Position numbers and translations under genes: made by a program. A stretch of 64,000 nucleotides of DNA from assembly GCA_049280815.1 (NCBI GenBank), contig JBAPQW010000087.1:2522-66521 (forward strand). Direction: 5' to 3'. This DNA comes from Verrucomicrobiia bacterium (GTDB taxonomy: Bacteria > Verrucomicrobiota > Verrucomicrobiia > Limisphaerales > UBA11358). Below the pieces are notes generated by a model. The model made no database searches, was not told the origin of the DNA, and worked only from the letters and a program-made list of their open reading frames with translations. Shown here in pieces: positions 62,187-64,000 of the stretch (position 1 is its first letter; every line of letters starts with the position of its first letter).

Positions 62187-64000
62187 TCACGCCATCGCCC
62201 GCGCGATGCTGTTCCACCAGGCGTCGTGCAATCCCGTAAGCGGCGCACTGAATTCGCCGGCGGCGGTTTTAATGGTCAATTGGTCGCCGCCAACCCTGCC
62301 AATCAGCCCGGCTGGAACCCCCATCAACCTGGCCCGCTCAACCACTTTCACCGCGTCGAGCGCCTGACAGCTGATGACCACGCGGCTTTGCGTCTCGCCA
62401 AAAAGCAAGGCATCCAACCGCACCGTGGCGGCGTCTCGGGAGAGCGCCGCATTCTCTTCTTCGGACTGACTGGCGGCACTCTGCCGAGGCGCCGCTACAG
62501 CAGAAAGATCAATTTGGGCGCCGATCAATCGCGGCGTCTCGCGCGCGATGAGCTGGCTGATGCAGCTTTCGGCCAGGCAAACCGCCAGACCGCCTTCGCT
62601 GCAATCGTGGGCGCTGCGCACCAGGCCGGATTGAATCAGCCCAAGCAAAGTCGTGTGCAGCGTGCGCGCCTTTTCCAAATCGCAACGCGGCGGGCTGCCA
62701 TTCTTTTGCCCGTGAATGACCTGCAAATACGCGCTGCCGCCCAAGCCTTGCAACGGATCGCCCGGATCCACCGCGCTGCCCAGCAAAATGACCGCGTCGC
62801 CTTCGTCCTTGAACCATTGCGTCGTCACGTGCTCCAGTTTTTCAACGATACCAACCACCGCGACGGTTGGCGTGGGGTCAATCGGTCCGGCCGGGCTCTG
62901 GTTATAGAGCGAGCAATTGCCGCCGGTGACCGGGGCATTGAACGCCAGGCATGCCTCGGCCAGGCCGCGCACGCTTTCCTTGATCTGCCAGAACAGCTCC
63001 GGTTTAAGCGGGCTGGGCATGTTCAAATTGTCGGTCGTGCCCAGCGGCACCGCGCCGGAACAGGCCAGATTGCGGCACGCCTCCACCATCGCCGCCTTCG
63101 CGCCTTCATAGGGATCGAGATAAACGTAGGTGCCGTTGCAATCGACCGTCAGGGCGATGAGTTTTTCCGGCGTGGCCTGGCCGTTCAGCTCGGGTAATGA
63201 ATCGCCCTTGATGCGCAACACCGCCGCATCGCTGCCCGGACAAACCACCGAACCATCACGCACCATGTGATCATACTGGCGATAAACCCAGTTTTTCGAG
63301 GCAATCGTCGGCCACGCAAGCAGTTTCATGAGATCCGCTTTGGCATCCCGGGTCTCGGGAATGCCGTCCAACCGGAACGCGCGAACAGCCTGCAAATACT
63401 CCGGTTCCTTGGCCTTGCGATGATAAACCGGCGACTCATCCGCAATTTTTTTGGCCGGGATATCGGCGACGACCTGGCCGTGATGCCTCACAACCATGCG
63501 GCCGGTATCAGTGACCACACCGACTTCCGACCACGGCAGATCCCATTTGTCAAAAATGCGCTTCACCTCGGCCTCGCGGCCTTTGTGGACGATGATCAGC
63601 ATCCGCTCCTGCGATTCCGAGAGCATGATTTCGTAGCTGGTCATGTTCGGCGCGCGCTGCGGCACCTTGTCCAATTCGATCTCGATGCCCGTGCCGGCGC
63701 GGGCGGCGGTTTCACAGGTCGAACAGGTCAGGCCGGCCGCTCCCATGTCCTGAATGCCGGCGACCGCGCCCGTGGCCAGCAGTTCGAGGCAGGCTTCGCA
63801 AACCAGTTTTTCCATGAAGGGATCGCCCACCTGCACCGCACCGCGTTGCTGCTCCGCGGATTCCTCGGTCAAATCCTGCGATGCAAAGGCCGCGCCTGCA
63901 AGACCATCACGACCCGTGGCCGGACCGACGTAAAACACCGGATTGCCGAGGCCCTTGGCCGCCCCGCGCGCGATTTGTTCATGCCGGAGAACGCCAAGGC
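62187..64000 (-). CDS. purL: Phosphoribosylformylglycinamidine synthase subunit II, 5' end beyond the window
   Basis: The reading frame stays open upstream of the ORF-track start to nt 64000 (...GLGNPVFYVGPATGRDGLAGAAFAS...). PurL strings VQVGDPFMEKL and DCNGTYVYLDPYEGAK. It carries an in-frame repeat at 62425-62498. Confidence 0.93.
   Translation of the reverse strand, partial: LGVLRHEQIARGAAKGLGNPVFYVGPATGRDGLAGAAFASQDLTEESAEQQRGAVQVGDPFMEKLVCEACLELLATGAVAGIQDMGAAGLTCSTCETAARAGTGIEIELDKVPQRAPNMTSYEIMLSESQERMLIIVHKGREAEVKRIFDKWDLPWSEVGVVTDTGRMVVRHHGQVVADIPAKKIADESPVYHRKAKEPEYLQAVRAFRLDGIPETRDAKADLMKLLAWPTIASKNWVYRQYDHMVRDGSVVCPGSDAAVLRIKGDSLPELNGQATPEKLIALTVDCNGTYVYLDPYEGAKAAMVEACRNLACSGAVPLGTTDNLNMPSPLKPELFWQIKESVRGLAEACLAFNAPVTGGNCSLYNQSPAGPIDPTPTVAVVGIVEKLEHVTTQWFKDEGDAVILLGSAVDPGDPLQGLGGSAYLQVIHGQKNGSPPRCDLEKARTLHTTLLGLIQSGLVRSAHDCSEGGLAVCLAESCISQLIARETPRLIGAQIDLSAVAAPRQSAASQSEEENAALSRDAATVRLDALLFGETQSRVVISCQALDAVKVVERARLMGVPAGLIGRVGGDQLTIKTAAGEFSAPLTGLHDAWWNSIARAMA
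62425..62498. repeat. Double-hairpin palindromic element, subtype 2, inserted in frame in purL
   Basis: GTGGCGGCGTCTCGGGAGAGCGCCGC, 21 nt, GGCGGCACTCTGCCGAGGCGCCGCTAC. It encodes VAAPRQSAASQSEEENAALSRDAAT on the minus strand. Confidence 0.85.

Noticed and set aside
1-64000. CRISPR arrays, rRNA genes, prophage or integrase genes.
   Set aside because: I found no regularly spaced direct repeats with unique spacers, no rRNA-like sequence, and no integrase or recombinase ORF. The only tandem repeats are very short, such as the 9-bp x3 repeat at 43321.

Overview
High-GC (about 60%) bacterial chromosomal window. Gene content and repeat style suggest the PVC superphylum, possibly Verrucomicrobiota (inference only). 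Most of it is core housekeeping: RND pump fragment, two NtrC-type two-component pairs, gatB, mpl, thrC, a Cys/Met PLP enzyme, scpAB, yicC, gmk, coaC, rimO and purL. Four things stand out. (1) A roughly 16 kb lipid/polyketide-like gene cluster at 24.4-40.2 kb. Its core is a translationally coupled 10-gene minus-strand operon: ACP, KR, a KS/CLF-like pair, two B12-binding radical SAM enzymes, a BioB-like radical SAM enzyme, a methyltransferase, a GT2-deacetylase fusion and an LPLAT. It is flanked by an AMP-ligase, PAP2, a second methyltransferase, a FabZ-like dehydratase and unknowns. The layout is aryl-polyene-like, but the radical SAM trio is not part of that template, so the product cannot be assigned. 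(2) A family of 70-120 bp double-hairpin palindromic elements with GTAGC...GCTAC termini. Copies sit in frame inside gatB, rimO, purL and an HpnG-like gene, and probably in the scpA tail, without breaking the ORFs. Other copies are intergenic. (3) A 2.1 kb IS1595-type element with near-perfect 25-bp inverted repeats. It carries passenger genes on the opposite strand, including an Rx4H (HEPN-like) protein, and lies in a low-GC patch just upstream of tRNA-His. (4) A tightly packed minus-strand block with three SPFH paralogues, a CPC-type P1B ATPase and a split ABC-2 system. Also present are a vapBC-like TA pair with a candidate operator, hopanoid-associated genes (HpnD/K/G-like) and two other short repeat families. 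No CRISPR array or rRNA was seen.
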